56,476 nucleotides of DNA from Chrysochromulina tobinii (Eukaryota), in assembly GCA_001275005.1 (NCBI GenBank), contig JWZX01002988.1, positions 1 to 56,476 on the forward strand, in the 5' to 3' direction. Below the pieces are notes generated by a model. The model worked only from the letters and a program-made list of their open reading frames with translations. It had not been told where the DNA came from and ran no database searches. A program made the position numbers and the translations under genes. Positions 33,910 to 45,900 of the stretch are shown piece after piece (position 1 is the stretch's first letter; each line of letters begins with the position of its first letter).

Positions 33910-36701
33910 TCACCATGGCAACCACATTGGTGACGCGGGGGGACTTTCTTCGTGGACAGGACTAACAAGCAGCACGAGCGAGACGCAGGAGACGCTCAGC
34001 CAGATCATGAGCGCGCACCGGATGATGTGCCAGTCGAGGCTCTCGAAGTAGATCTGCACCCGGCTGGGCGGCGGCATGGTCTGCAGATCCGAGAAGGCGG
34101 CGGTGTTGCGCAAACGCGCTTCGAAGCTGGGCACCACCTCCTTGCGCGACGGCTCAAGCTTCTTGAAATAGCACTTGAGCTCGTCGAGCGAGATGGAATT
34201 CGAGTTATCAGTGTCGATCAGGCGGAAGAGCTCGTCGCCCTCCATCTTGAACTCCGGCCACAGCTCGCACAGCTCGGGATGTTGTGTGATGGCGCTGGTG
34301 AGCTCCTCCTTGGTCACCGTTTGGTCACCGTCGACATCGGCGAGTTTGAAGAGGGTCTCGGCGAGCCGTTCGGTCGAGAAGAGGTCGTCGGTCCTGGACG
34401 TATGTTCGTCCAAGTAGTTTCGGTCACCAGAGAGGAGGCAGCAAGTGCGAGTGGGAGTGGCCGGCTGGGACTGTCCCAGCCGAGGCCTGCCGCCCCCTGC
34501 CATCAACTGCTCCTGCCGATACGACGCGCCGCCCGGCCGCATGCGTTTGTCGAGCTCGTTTCGCGAAATCATCTGATATTTGACCACGAGACCTTGGCAT
34601 GAGCACATGAGCACCTCCTCCGCCTCCCCTCGGGTGCCCGCTGTGAGGATCGCCTTCGAAAAGTAGCGCTCGGCCGACGCAGACGGCGTACCGCCGGGAC
34701 TGGCGGAGGCAGTGGGGACGCTGGTCGCGGGTTCGATGAGGCCGATCGGGTCGAACCCGCGCCCAGCAATGCCTCCACCGGGTAAGCGTGACGGATCACT
34801 GGAAGCGCGGCGAGGAGAAGTGGACGATCGCGGCGACAGCGACGGCTGAGAGCGCGACGAGACGGCATATGCGATGCGCCTGTCCCCATCCTCGAGGCAG
34901 CCCGAGACGGCGGTAGACCCATCCGAGAACAGACGCACCTGCGAGGCAATCAGAGGTCATCAGAGGCAATCAGAGCTCATCAGAGGCACTCAGGGCTCAT
35001 CAGAGGTCATCAGACGCACCTGCGAGGCAATCAGAGGTCATCATCAGACGCACCTGCGAGGCAATCAGAGGTCATCTGAGGTCATCAGAGGGTCATCAGC
35101 GGGTCATCAGAGGGTCATCAGAGGTCATCAGACGTACCTCAGAGGTCATCAGAGGTCATCAGACGTACCTCCGAGGCAGCTTTGCCGCGGTTGTCCTCGG
35201 CCTTCATGTCTGAGTAGCTCGTGTCGCACATGATGATATCCACACGCGGCCCGGTGCCCGCGGCCGCCGCCGCCGACTGGATCACCGTTGGGCAGTTGCC
35301 GTGCGGAGTGTGGCCGACGACGAGCCGGCAGATGCCGTTGGCGGCGAGCTTGGCCTCGAGGGCCGGCGGCAGCGGCGCGGGCATGCCGCTGTCGTCGAGG
35401 TGGCGGCCGAGTACGACAGAGGGCAGAGTATTGGGCACACAGTAATCCATGAGCCCATGACCTCCGCGCCGATTTTCCTCATACGCGCTCGCATAGCTCG
35501 TCTGATCTCGCCTGATCTCCCACTCCGGGCGCGCCTCCCACTCCGCGATCTGCTCGGTCTTCCACCGATGCAACTGGCGCACCCACATGCGCACGTCTTC
35601 GTACTGCCGGTTCGGTGGCACGAAGCCGAAGCATTCCTTGTGGCCGTCGCGGTAGTTGCCCTGGAGGCCGCCATGGACGAACAGGGTGTCCCCGAGGACG
35701 ACAGCGAGCTCCCCGAGACGCACCTGATGTGGGAGGCAATCACGTGTCATCATGTGTCATCATCAGCCGGATGGACGAGAGTGAGCTCCCCGAGACGCAC
35801 CAGCTCGCGCATCACGCCGCCTCGGGCGACGCTGTCGACGAAAGAGCTCACGACGGCGCTTTCGCTCACCTGGAGGGGTTGGGTGGGTGTGAATTGGAGG
35901 GGTTGGGTGGGTGGGTAAGGGCGAACACACGGCTGTGAATGGCGTCTCTCGGCATTCTCCCACGTGCGTGTTTGGCACGCCCAGTACCAGGCGCACCTTT
36001 GACACGTCGATCTTGTGGATGACGGACAACTCGGCACGTCGCCGCTCAAACTCGCCGTCGGCGCCCATGGTCTCCTTGAGCATCCAGCGCACCCGTGCCG
36101 CGGGCGTGTTCGCCACGCGGAGCGCCGCCTCGTCCACCTCCTCCGGCTGGATCCCGCGCGATTTGGCGATCGTCGCGCGTAGGAAGCCCTCCGGGCTCAC
36201 CCTCTTCGCCGGCGCTACCCAATACGGCCCGGGCACGCCGTGCAGCTCGGCGAGCTGCGAGGGCGCGAGCTCGGAGGTGAAGCGCATCTTGTTGATGTCG
36301 CGGTTACCCAGGATGATGTGCACGGCGGACGGGTACTTTTTCTTGAGCCGCACCAGTGTTGTCGCCACGCGGATCGAACCACCGACCTTGCCGCCCTTGT
36401 CCACCGAGTCGCCGCCGAAGACAAAGTGCCAGCCCGGCTGCAGCTTTATGTCGGCGCTGCCGTCTTCGTGGAGTGACAGCAGTTCAAGCACTGGGCTCAT
36501 TTCGATGCACTTGATAAAATACTCCCAGTTTCCCTCGACGTCGGTCATGAAGGCGACGTTCGGCATGTTCGTCATCAGAACTTTCTTGCGGTGATGACAA
36601 ACGTAGTAGGCGAGCGCGAGCAAGAACCCGAAGACCACGCTGCACACGCACGCCACTGGGTCGTTCCCTGCGGAGGCAACGAACGCCTCCACACCGGGCA
36701 T
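33910..36701 (-). CDS. Membrane-anchored calcineurin-like metallophosphoesterase (GNRD variant) with EF-hand pair (exons 36701-35997, 35869-35801, 35723-35169, 34938-33910; ~785 aa)
   Basis: FMTDVEGN, FGGDSVDKG, ILGNRDINK, LFVHGG, VVGHTPHG, MCDTSYSD. EF-hands DVDGDQTVTKEE and DTDNSNSISLDE. Hydrophobic segments at both ends. Three introns join four ORFs in frame. Confidence 0.8.
34939..35168 (-). other. Spliceosomal intron, 230 nt, phase 0, 19-nt direct repeat, interior made of ~10-nt repeats
   Basis: TGCCTCGGAG|GTACGTCTG vs TGCCTCGCAG|GTGCGTCTG (17/19). The interior is (TGATGACCTC)n with extra copies of both junctions. Confidence 0.85.
35724..35800 (-). other. Spliceosomal intron, 77 nt, phase 0, 29-nt direct repeat
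   Basis: GGTGCGTCTCGGGGAGCTCACTCTCGTCC vs GGTGCGTCTCGGGGAGCTCGCTGTCGTCC (27/29). It ends TGATTGCCTCCCACATCAG. Confidence 0.87.
35870..35996 (-). other. Spliceosomal intron, 127 nt, phase 0
   Basis: AAG|GTGCGC...CCCCTCCAG|GTGAGC; duplicated C/A-rich tract CACCCACCCAACCCCTCCA; frame restored. Confidence 0.8.
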
Positions 36702-36826
36702 GGTTCTCGCAAGAAGCGAGCGACCTTCGACAAGCGTGCCCAGTTCGGGATAGTTTGAAACTCGAGAAATGGAATCGCGGGTCCCACGACACGAAACTTT
36801 CGCAGAGAGTCCCATGGCGACAAGGG

Positions 36827-36837
36827 TTGGCGCGAAA
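36827..36837 (-). promoter_or_regulatory. E2F-like site (TTTCGCGCCAA) in a ~176-nt bidirectional promoter
   Basis: + strand ttggcgcgaaa between divergent ATGs at 36701 and 36878; matches the TTTSSCGC consensus. Function untested. Confidence 0.35.
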
Positions 36838-36877
36838 TTCGTGTACACAAGTCAGCGTCGCTTTTGCGGACACGTGC

Positions 36878-38507
36878 ATGGCTAGCAGTACAGAGACTGG
36901 TGCGAGCGCGGCCGCGAGCGCGGGGCTGTACGCGACGTCCGCGGATTCCCCGCAGGGCCGGTGGGTGTGGATTGGGGGCCTCGCGCCCGACATATCCGAT
37001 GCCCAGCTCATCGAGCGGATCGGCGCTCACCAGGCACGCGAGGGCAGTGGGTCAACCTTCGACGTGCACCGGTTTGAGGGCGGCGCGTGGGTGCATTTTG
37101 CGCGCCCGTCGCTCGCCCATGTGTGCCTCACCGCGCTCAACGGCACCGTGCTCACCGGCCCCAAGGGTAGCGCTTCAACGCTGCGGCTCCGATACGCCGC
37201 CCACCTGGAGGACACGTCGGCGCCGCCCGCGGTCGCATACCTGAAGCGGCCGCTTCCGGGGGCGGCGGCGTTGGCCGCCGGCAGCGACGAGGGCAAAAAG
37301 GTCAACGGCGGCGCCGCTCCCAGCGCCCGCCCTTCGGATCCGCCGGCCGCTAAACGGGCAAGGACTTTCGACAACGCACAGCCGTCGTCCTCGCAGCAGC
37401 AGCAACAGCAACTGCAGCAGCAACAGCCGACAGCGCCGGCGGCGGCAGGAGCGCAGTCCACGTCGCCTCCATCCCAAACGGGACACTCCGCGCCGGCGAG
37501 CGCCGCCGTCAAGACCGAGCCCAAGCCGGCTGCGGCGGCAGGGCGCTCCGCTGCCTCAGCTTCCGCGAGTTCCACAGCAGGCACCAACGGAGCTACCATC
37601 TCCCCGAGCGCACCGCGAGCAGTGGCGGGCGGGAGCGCGGCGACGCGCCCGCCCGCCACGCTGCCGGGAGGCCCCGGCACCCATGCTGACATGCTGCGCC
37701 TAGCACTCAGGTTCGGACCGACCCTAATTAGGATGAGCCCCCCCCGCCCCCCTGCCCCCCCCTTACCCTTGCGAGTGGTTGCATCCCACGTCCCTGGCTG
37801 TCTGTGCATGGTTGCTTGTGCATGCATGGGCGGATGGCGCATGGGTCCCTGGCATTCAAGCCATCCCCCCGCCCCTTGGGCTTCGTGCTACTGCTCGGCT
37901 CTCCACCGCATGCCCCTCGCATGCAATGAGCCGTCCCTAATTAGGATGAGCCCCCCCGCCTCCCCCTCCCCGCCCTTGCCCCATTCGCCCACCACCTCGA
38001 GCGCTTCGCCTTGCGCACATGCTCCCTGCCCCCCCCCGATCTCCCTGTGCCCGGCCTCGCGGCGCTGACGTTCGTCTCCTCTCTCTCGCGTCCCAAATGG
38101 CTGTGTGCATTCACATTCACAGCAAACTTGACGTGGATGTCGCTCTCACCGAGATCCTCCAGTTCCTGCAGAGCGATGAGAGGCTTCCCACACGCACACG
38201 CAAGGCCGTGCAGTTTCTCAATGGCCTGCGGCAGCAGATGGTGCACGCGCAGACGCACGCGTCTCATCCCGAGCTCTTCGACTGTCCATTGAGCGCCGCC
38301 GCCCACGACACCGCCATCGCGCCCATCGCGGCGGTCTACACACTCGCCGACGTGCGCCGCTCCTTCGGCGACGGATTCCAGGAGCGGTTCTGGCCTATCT
38401 TCCGCGCGTTCAATTGCGTGCTGCCGGCGCACGCGCCCGAGATGGCGCTCTTCGGCGGCTCCAAGCGCACGTCCGGCATCAGCAGCATGCTGCCAGCACG
38501 CCAATGA
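36878..38507 (+). CDS. RRM-domain protein with low-complexity linker (exons 36878-37710, 38123-38507; ~405 aa)
   Basis: RNP2-like VWIGGL, RNP1-like GGAWVHF, ALNGTVL..LRLRYA. Intron 37711-38122 joins the ORFs in frame (AG|C = Ser). Confidence 0.7.
37711..38122 (+). other. Spliceosomal intron, 412 nt, phase 2
   Basis: CAG|GTTCGG...CATTCACAG; C-rich interior that does not look coding; frame restored. Confidence 0.7.
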
Positions 38508-39060
38508 TCATCTTCCTACGTCGCAGCGCCTCTTCATTTGGCTCTACGCGCACGTGTGGTGGTGTGCATGGTGAATGAAAGCGCTACTCAACCTTATCTA
38601 CTGGCCGTCGGCTCGAGCGGGAGCGTGCTGTGGCGCCGCATGGAACGGAGTCCTTTAATTGCGGTGCCCTAGAATGACGAAACCTCGATGATCTCTATGA
38701 CGATATCTATAGCGTGGCGGCTCGAGCGGCAGCGTGCTGCGGCGGCGCCGGCGATCACTGCAGAGACATGAGGTGGCGGCTCTTTCGACGATGGTGGTCA
38801 CTGCTTGCTCCCCACTGAGTGGGGCCCCACTGACCCCTGTGGTGCAGCTGCACCTGGGCCAGGCAATGGGGCCAGGGTCCTCTGGGGTGTTGAGCTAAGG
38901 AGGCCGTTTTTCAACTTCCACTGACGTCTCATGGCCCAAGAGCGTCGACATTTTATCGAATTTGCGCTTTTCTCATTCCACAGCTGATTTTCCCACAGGC
39001 GACCCCTACGCTCACCGTCACGCTCCCCACACGGGCCCAACACGCCGGTCGCGCCCAGAG

Positions 39061-40782
39061 ATGGAAAGCGAGGCGGGACTTCTCGCGCCCGTCTACGAGC
39101 AGCCCCATTTCGGTGGCGAGGCTGAACCGCCATACAAGCGCGCCCGCCCGGACGAGGAGGGCCTCGTTCCTACTCTCACCTGTGAGGGAGGCGCCCTCGA
39201 CACGCTGCCAGAGGAAGCGCACGAACAGGCGCCGTACGATGAATCGGCTGCCAGTTCAACTGCCGCGCCCGGCGAGACGATGCTGCTTCCCGCGGAAGGG
39301 CTGGCTCCCGCGCCGCCGCAAGCTGCCCATGAGGAGGCGGGGCCTGCCGAGGCCCACGAGGAGGGCGGGCAGCAGCTGATGGGCCACGAGGAGGGTGCCC
39401 AGCTTGTGGGCCAGGAGGAGTGCGCGCAGCTGGTGGCATACGAGGCCGAGCCAGGTCCGAGCGGTGAGCAGGAGCACACCGTAGCCATCAATGCAGAGGA
39501 GGCCATCGGCGCGCGCGCCCATTCGAAGCCGGAGGCTAAGATCGTATGTCCGCTGTGGCCAAAGGGAGGCAACATCACGTGCACGAACCCAAACACGAAC
39601 CCGGCGGGCCTGCGCGACAAGAAGGTCATCCTAGACGGGCGCGAGTACACGCTGTGCCGCTCGCACGCCAACAAACTGCGCCATCGGCTGCGCGCGGACG
39701 ACGGCGAGGAGGCGGCCGCCAACTGGTTGCGTGACGCGTTGATCAAATGTGGTATGGTGGTGGAGGAGCGTCTCTCATCTCTGACGAGCGCAAACCTGTC
39801 GCAGCACAACCTGTCGCAGCACGCCGGGATGGATGCCGCCGCGATGGCCTCGCCGAACGGCGGGCCGTACACGGAGCACGTCGAGCACGTGGGCGCGGCC
39901 GGTACGGATGGCGCGGCCGTGATCGAGGCCGTCGTGGTGGGCGCCGAGGCCGAGGGTGTGCACGTCCTCGGTCACTGCGCGACACAGGCCATGCCGCAGG
40001 TGCCGTATGCCGAGCACCTGCAGGCATATGAAGGCGCCCAGCCGATGATGGGAGCGGGCGGCAGCGCGCTCATGGCAGGCGGTGGCGGTGAGCTCATGGT
40101 CGCTGAGCCTGGGATGCAATCGCTTGTCTTCCCTGCCCAAAAGGAGAAGACACAGTTCTCGCATGGGCCTCGCACGATCTACGTGTGGGGCGGCGAGGGC
40201 ATCCTGGCGGCCGCGATAGGCGGCCGCACGAGCGTCGTGCTCCCTCCAACAGCAGGGCTGCGCGAGCTCAAGACGCTGATCCGAAAGACGTTTGGACGGT
40301 ATGCGTACCATAAACTTGGCCGCCTGCTGCTCGTCGCGAGTGGGGTCATCACCGACGTCGAGGTGACGCGAGAGCATCTGGTCGAGGGCGCGACCGTCCA
40401 CTGCACGTACACGCACACGACGGGCAACCAGTCGTTACCGCCCGGCGGCCGACCCAAAAGCATGGACGGCTCAGTGCCAAATGGGTCCGACGCCCTGACC
40501 TATCTAGGCGCCGCCGCGAGCGCGGAGGCCTCAGCGCTTGCCGATGCGCATGGCGGCGTGCAATCCGAGTCAGCGTGGCCTGCGGCAGCGTCGGTCGAGG
40601 GGGCGCACGAGGAGGCGGGGGCGGCGACGATGGAGTACGAGGGTCACACGGGAGGTGACGCGGCGGCGCATGAGCATGTCCAGGCTGTCCACACCATCGC
40701 ACAGGCTCCTCTGTCCAGCGTGTTTGTCATGCCTGCAGAGGCTCCCGGCCCACTCATCCACAGCTACATCAGCCCAGGTTGA
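39061..40782 (+). CDS. Hypothetical acidic protein with Cys/His cluster and possible beta-grasp domain
   Basis: 573-aa ORF from ATG 39061; YKRARP NLS-like motif; CPLW..C..LCRSH; RTSVVLPPTAGLRELKTLIRKTFG. Confidence 0.65.
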   Translation: MESEAGLLAPVYEQPHFGGEAEPPYKRARPDEEGLVPTLTCEGGALDTLPEEAHEQAPYDESAASSTAAPGETMLLPAEGLAPAPPQAAHEEAGPAEAHEEGGQQLMGHEEGAQLVGQEECAQLVAYEAEPGPSGEQEHTVAINAEEAIGARAHSKPEAKIVCPLWPKGGNITCTNPNTNPAGLRDKKVILDGREYTLCRSHANKLRHRLRADDGEEAAANWLRDALIKCGMVVEERLSSLTSANLSQHNLSQHAGMDAAAMASPNGGPYTEHVEHVGAAGTDGAAVIEAVVVGAEAEGVHVLGHCATQAMPQVPYAEHLQAYEGAQPMMGAGGSALMAGGGGELMVAEPGMQSLVFPAQKEKTQFSHGPRTIYVWGGEGILAAAIGGRTSVVLPPTAGLRELKTLIRKTFGRYAYHKLGRLLLVASGVITDVEVTREHLVEGATVHCTYTHTTGNQSLPPGGRPKSMDGSVPNGSDALTYLGAAASAEASALADAHGGVQSESAWPAAASVEGAHEEAGAATMEYEGHTGGDAAAHEHVQAVHTIAQAPLSSVFVMPAEAPGPLIHSYISPG

Positions 40783-42076
40783 GAAAGCCTGCCGATCCGC
40801 TGAGCCGACACGTGGTGATGCAGTAGAACTAAGGGGCGCCCGGCCTCTAAAGAGAGAGATGATGTGCAGTAAGAGTGAGAAGACAGAGAGACGACGCGCG
40901 CGCGCACCGGCGGACGCCCCAACTCTTACCGACCAACAAGATGTACATATGGTATTGGATACAGTTTAAGTGAATTCACCGTATGCTTCGAGAGGATACG
41001 GACTCGGGACTGCCGCACTGCCACTGGAGCGACCCCGCCGCGACCGCGCGCCGGCGGTGCATCATTTATCGGGGGGGTGGCAAGGTATCGGTGCGTGTGG
41101 CGTGTCGTCCGGTCCGGTCCTGGTCCGGTCGCACACTAGACACTTAGTACGTGGTCGTCGAAACGCCGACCGAAGTTAATACTCGTAAGTCGAGTACCGA
41201 ACGTCCGATGGAGGTACTAAAGAGCCGAGCGATAGACACGGTCCGAGGCCACGAGGCATGCCACGAGGCCCGAGTTGGGCCCGAGGCCCCCGAGCTCAGT
41301 ACTATGGTGCTGAGTCCTCACCTGATTGCCTATCACAAGATCCCGCCCGGCAGCATAGGGCAGAAATCGACAGGGATCAGGGAACACCGCCGGCGCGCGC
41401 TGGGAATGAGACCGACCTCACAACATGTAGCATAATGGAGGTGACCCGAGAGAGCGAAGAGAGATTTGTAACTGACCAAGCTACCTACACATTGGCAGGA
41501 CCCCCTGAATTGCGGTGGGGGAATTTGAAGGGGGTGTCGGCGTCACGAGAGAGCGAGTACTCAGTACACTTGAATGTTGACCGAGAGGTGCGGAGCCAAT
41601 TGTGTGGAGCCGTCCTTTGAGTCGGTGGCGTGGTGAGCTTCGGGGACCGCGACAAACTATGTCTACTGAGCACAATCGCGCCGCGCGCGCCGTTCGCCGG
41701 CGCCGTTCCAAAATCGCAACAAGTTTCATGAAGTTTGGAACGCCTCGCCCTCACTTCCTCATCCACGTGCTTCATGGGACGGCGCGACAACTGGCCCGGC
41801 CCGTGCGATACGCAGCCCGAGCTGTGGACTGGCCCACAGCACAAGGCCCGACCGCTCAGCGCCTATCGACTAAAGACCCTCAGCACACCGAATGTGCGCG
41901 GCTGTTCTGTGCCGTTGACACAGAGCGGCTGTGCACTGCTTACTGTTGAGACAGAGCGGTGGCCCAAGTCGGCTCGCACGCCGCGCACGGCTAGCCGCCA
42001 GCCGCCTCCGTTCGAAGTCGGATGGGGTGACGGCAGGCCAACTGGGAGCAATCATTCCAGGCCTTTCCAAGCACGA

Positions 42077-42754
42077 ATGCAGCGTCCAAGTTCTGAATTA
42101 GCTGCGCCATCCGGGCCGTCGCCGAGCTGTACGAGCGGCGCACAGGAATCGGAAACCCTCCGCGCGCTCAAGGCAGAAAATGAGCAACTGCAGCACCAAC
42201 TGGAGCTTTTGGCATCGGAGAAGGACCGATTAATTGCCGCTTTCGAGGCTAGCCGTTTGGAAGCTGATGCCATGCGTATGGAGTGGGCGAGGGTGCATGG
42301 TGAGCTTGCTGCGAGGGATGCTGCAGAGGCAGCCCTCAGGCAGATGGGTTTGATGCCGGGCGATCTCAAGAGTCTGATTTCGCCTCGGGCCAGCAGCACA
42401 GCTGCCGTGGCAAAGGAGCACGCGGCCGCGGTAGCGGCGGCGGCAGCACCGGCGGCGGCAGCACCGGCGGTGGCAGCACCAGCGGCGGCTGCATCTCAGG
42501 CGATACTAGCAACTGCGGCACCACTCGCGACGACTAATATCGCCATCAGCTCCACCACCTCTGCCACGCCTGCCTCGTGCCGACCCACGCACGGTTTCGT
42601 TAGCCATGCCGAGTGGGCACCCGAGACGCCTTTTATTTGCCATGCACCACCACCAGCCGCCGCTCCCGCGTCGTGGACTGGATGGCTGACCTCTAGGTGG
42701 CTGGCCTCTCGCGCTGAATTAGCGGACGCGAGCACCCATGATATCTGTGCCTGA
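42077..42754 (+). CDS. Small hypothetical coiled-coil / Ala-rich protein
   Basis: LRALKAENEQLQHQLELLASEKDRL heptads; start ATG inferred. Confidence 0.5.
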   Translation: MQRPSSELAAPSGPSPSCTSGAQESETLRALKAENEQLQHQLELLASEKDRLIAAFEASRLEADAMRMEWARVHGELAARDAAEAALRQMGLMPGDLKSLISPRASSTAAVAKEHAAAVAAAAAPAAAAPAVAAPAAAASQAILATAAPLATTNIAISSTTSATPASCRPTHGFVSHAEWAPETPFICHAPPPAAAPASWTGWLTSRWLASRAELADASTHDICA

Positions 42755-42921
42755 AGAAAACCGCGAGGATTCGCCGACAGCGACGTTCCGTTCTTCAGGC
42801 GTGTGTCTGTACTGTAATCAGTTCAGAAATCTACGGAAGTGCAGCATTTGACTATTTGCGCCCATGACGGCGCCCATTTAAGACTGAAACGCACTCGATT
42901 GGCGACCCCTCCTGTGTGCTC

Positions 42922-45900
42922 ATGCGCCTGTTCAGTACCAAAACGCGACAAGCCAGCATGGCCGGCACGTCAAATGATACGGAGGGCACGACAGGCGCTG
43001 TTCCGACAGGCGGCGTGGCAGACGTCGCCGTTGGAAGAGCTGATCTCATGCCATCAGAATCTTCCGCCATCTCGGCACCATCCACAGCTCTGCGGCCAAA
43101 AGGCGCGGCGGATGGCTTCCAGATCTGGCAACATGCTCTGCTGGGCAAGGTGGCTGAGCTCACACGCGCACTGGCCGAAGCGCCCGCGGGCAGCATTGAC
43201 TACAAAGGCACCCGCAACTGGACGCCCCTCTTTGCAGCTTCCGCCCGTGGTCACACGGAATGCGTTGCCTTGTTGCTCTTGAGGAACGCCGACCCGGACA
43301 TCAAGGCAGACACTGGCTGGACCGCATTGATGACGGCGGCACAGCAAGGCTTTGCGGACATCGCAAGTCTTCTCGTTCAGCATGGAGCTGCCACCGACGT
43401 ACTCAATCCTGACGGCAACTCTGCACACGCTCTTGCAGTGGCAGCCGGAAAGAGTGATACAGCAAGCTTGCTGCTCAAAGGCCGTACCGGAGCGCCTGCG
43501 GCGCCCATCGATGGAGGCTCGAGTGCAATTGATCTTGCAACTGATCCTGCAACTGATCCTGCAATTCCATTGGCGGTGGAAGATGCAGCCTCGGAGAAGG
43601 CCGCCAAAGAGGCCGCCGCCGCGACCAAGGTGCAGGCGATTCAGCGCGGCAACGTGGCCCGCGAGCAACAGGTGAGCACTGCTCGCGAGCGTGCTGCGCG
43701 TATCGAAGCCGAGACGCACGCAAAGGCCGCCTCGGAGAAGGCCGCCAAGGAGGCCGCCGCCGCGACCAAGGTGCAGGCGATTCAGCGCGGCAACGTGGCC
43801 CGCGAGCAACAGGTGAGCACTGCTCGCGAGCGTGCTGCACGTATCGAAGCCGAGACGCACGCAAAGGCCGCCTCGGAGAAGGCCGCCGCCGCGACCAAGG
43901 TACAGGCGGTTCAGCGCGGCAACGTGGCCCGCCAGGCGCCGCATGCTAGGGCCGAGGGGAAGACAGCGGCCGAGAAGGAAGCGGCCGAGGCTAGGGCGGC
44001 GGCCGATAAAGCAGCGGCCGAAACCAGGGCGGCAGCCGTGGCTAGGGCAGCGGCCGAGGAGGCTGCGGCCGAGGCAAAGTTGGTAGCCAAGAAGGAAGCG
44101 GCAGAGGCTGCGGCCGCTGTGACCGCAGTAGGTACCGTGAACGCGCTCCCCGATGACAGCTGGATCAAGGCCCAGGTGAGCAGGACAGGCTCACCAGCGC
44201 GCCGCGCCTCCCCGAGGCGTAAAGACGCGCAGGAGGCGCAGCTCAACCAGGTCATGTACCTCGTCATGGACGAGGCGACGGAGCTCGCGACCCGGCTGAC
44301 GCAAGAGATCGCCGATCTGCGAGGGGAGATGGCGGCACTCAAGGCGGCCTCTGCGGCCTCTAAGTTTGCGGTCGAGACACCATCGAGGCCGCACGCCGCG
44401 GCTTCCCTACGGCACCGGGAAGATTTTGCGAATGCAGCACGCCTCGAGTATCTCACAAAAACTGTAGAGACGCTCGCGGAGCAGATTGCTCGCGAACGTG
44501 CAGAAAGACTTACCGAAGAGATCGCTCGCGAACGTGCAGCACGTATTGCGGCCGAGGAGCTCGCTCGCGAACGTGCTGCTCGTATGGCGGTTCAAGCCCA
44601 GTCTTCAACACCACCTGCTGTGCCGTCTGAGCGAGCTCCCTACACGCCGATGCAGCGTTTCGCCGTCGAGCCGCGGCCTGTGGCGTATGCAAGCCAAGAG
44701 CATTTGGCTGCTCTAACCGATTTGGTTACGAAGCTCCCGCCGTCTTCTTCAGCAGTCGGTTTGGTCGCGAACAATGTGAGAGAGTCGCTTTGGCTCTCTC
44801 ACATGGACGCAGCGGCTTCAGAGCCACTGCTGCTGCGCCAGATGGATCGAAAGCCAGGCCACACAGGGTGGCAGCCGGACGGCAAGGGCGGCTGGACGTC
44901 TCCTCCTACTGCTGCTGTGGCGGCTGCGGCGGTTCCTGCTGCTGCTGCTCGAGAAGGCGCCAGCGATGAGGCATCAGTGCCATCGTCAGAGTCCGCTGTG
45001 CGCACCGATTTCGAGACCTCAAACCTGGCATTCAGCCCGACAGGCGACGAGACTCAGACTTTGGCGGAGAAGATCAACTCGTGCAGCTCGTCAACCTCTT
45101 CGCCGGCTGTCGCCCGGCTGACGCAAGAGCTCGCCGATCTGCGAGGGGAGATGGCGGCGCTCAAGGAGGCCTCGGCGGCAGCCTCTTCGCTAGTCGTCGA
45201 GACACCATCGAACCCGCTCGCAGCGGCTTCCGAAGAGCCGCCGGCTGAATCCGCGAATGCAGCGCGCCTCGATGCTCTCGCAAAGACTGTCGAGAGTCTT
45301 GCAGAGGAGCTTGCTCGCGAGCGTGCTGCGCGTATGGAAGCCGAAGCACAAGCTGCAAACCCAGTGCACGTGGCTGCTCTTTCCACATTGGTCACGAGAC
45401 TCTCACCGGCTTCTCCCGGGCTTGTGCAGGACGCAGCGATTCCAGAGCCTCTGCTGCTCCTCCAGCTCGATCGAAAGCCAGGTGAATCGATCGCTACACC
45501 GACGAAAGGACGGCGCACCGACAGCGACAACGTGGCGTGGCGGCCGGATGGGAAGGGCGGCTGGACGCGAGAAGCATCTAGTGATGATGCATTGATATCA
45601 TACCATTCGACTATACCAGCGTCCGGGTCTGTTTGGTCCATTGATTCCGAGCGAGTGCCGCTAGCATTGGCCGCTGAGCCAGAATTCGCCCCTCATGCTC
45701 TCCCTCTGCCATCGCCGTACCCGTCCGAGCGAGTGCCGCTAAGCGCACCAAGGCGCGCCTCCTTTAGTGATCTCCTATCGGGAAGTGTGGCTCCCGTGGA
45801 AGTTTCTGGAGACCATGGTCATCCCGAAAGACCGAGCTTCCTACAGGATGTCTTCTCCCGCAAGAATCTCCTCTCGGGAAGTGTGGCTCCCGTGGAAAGC

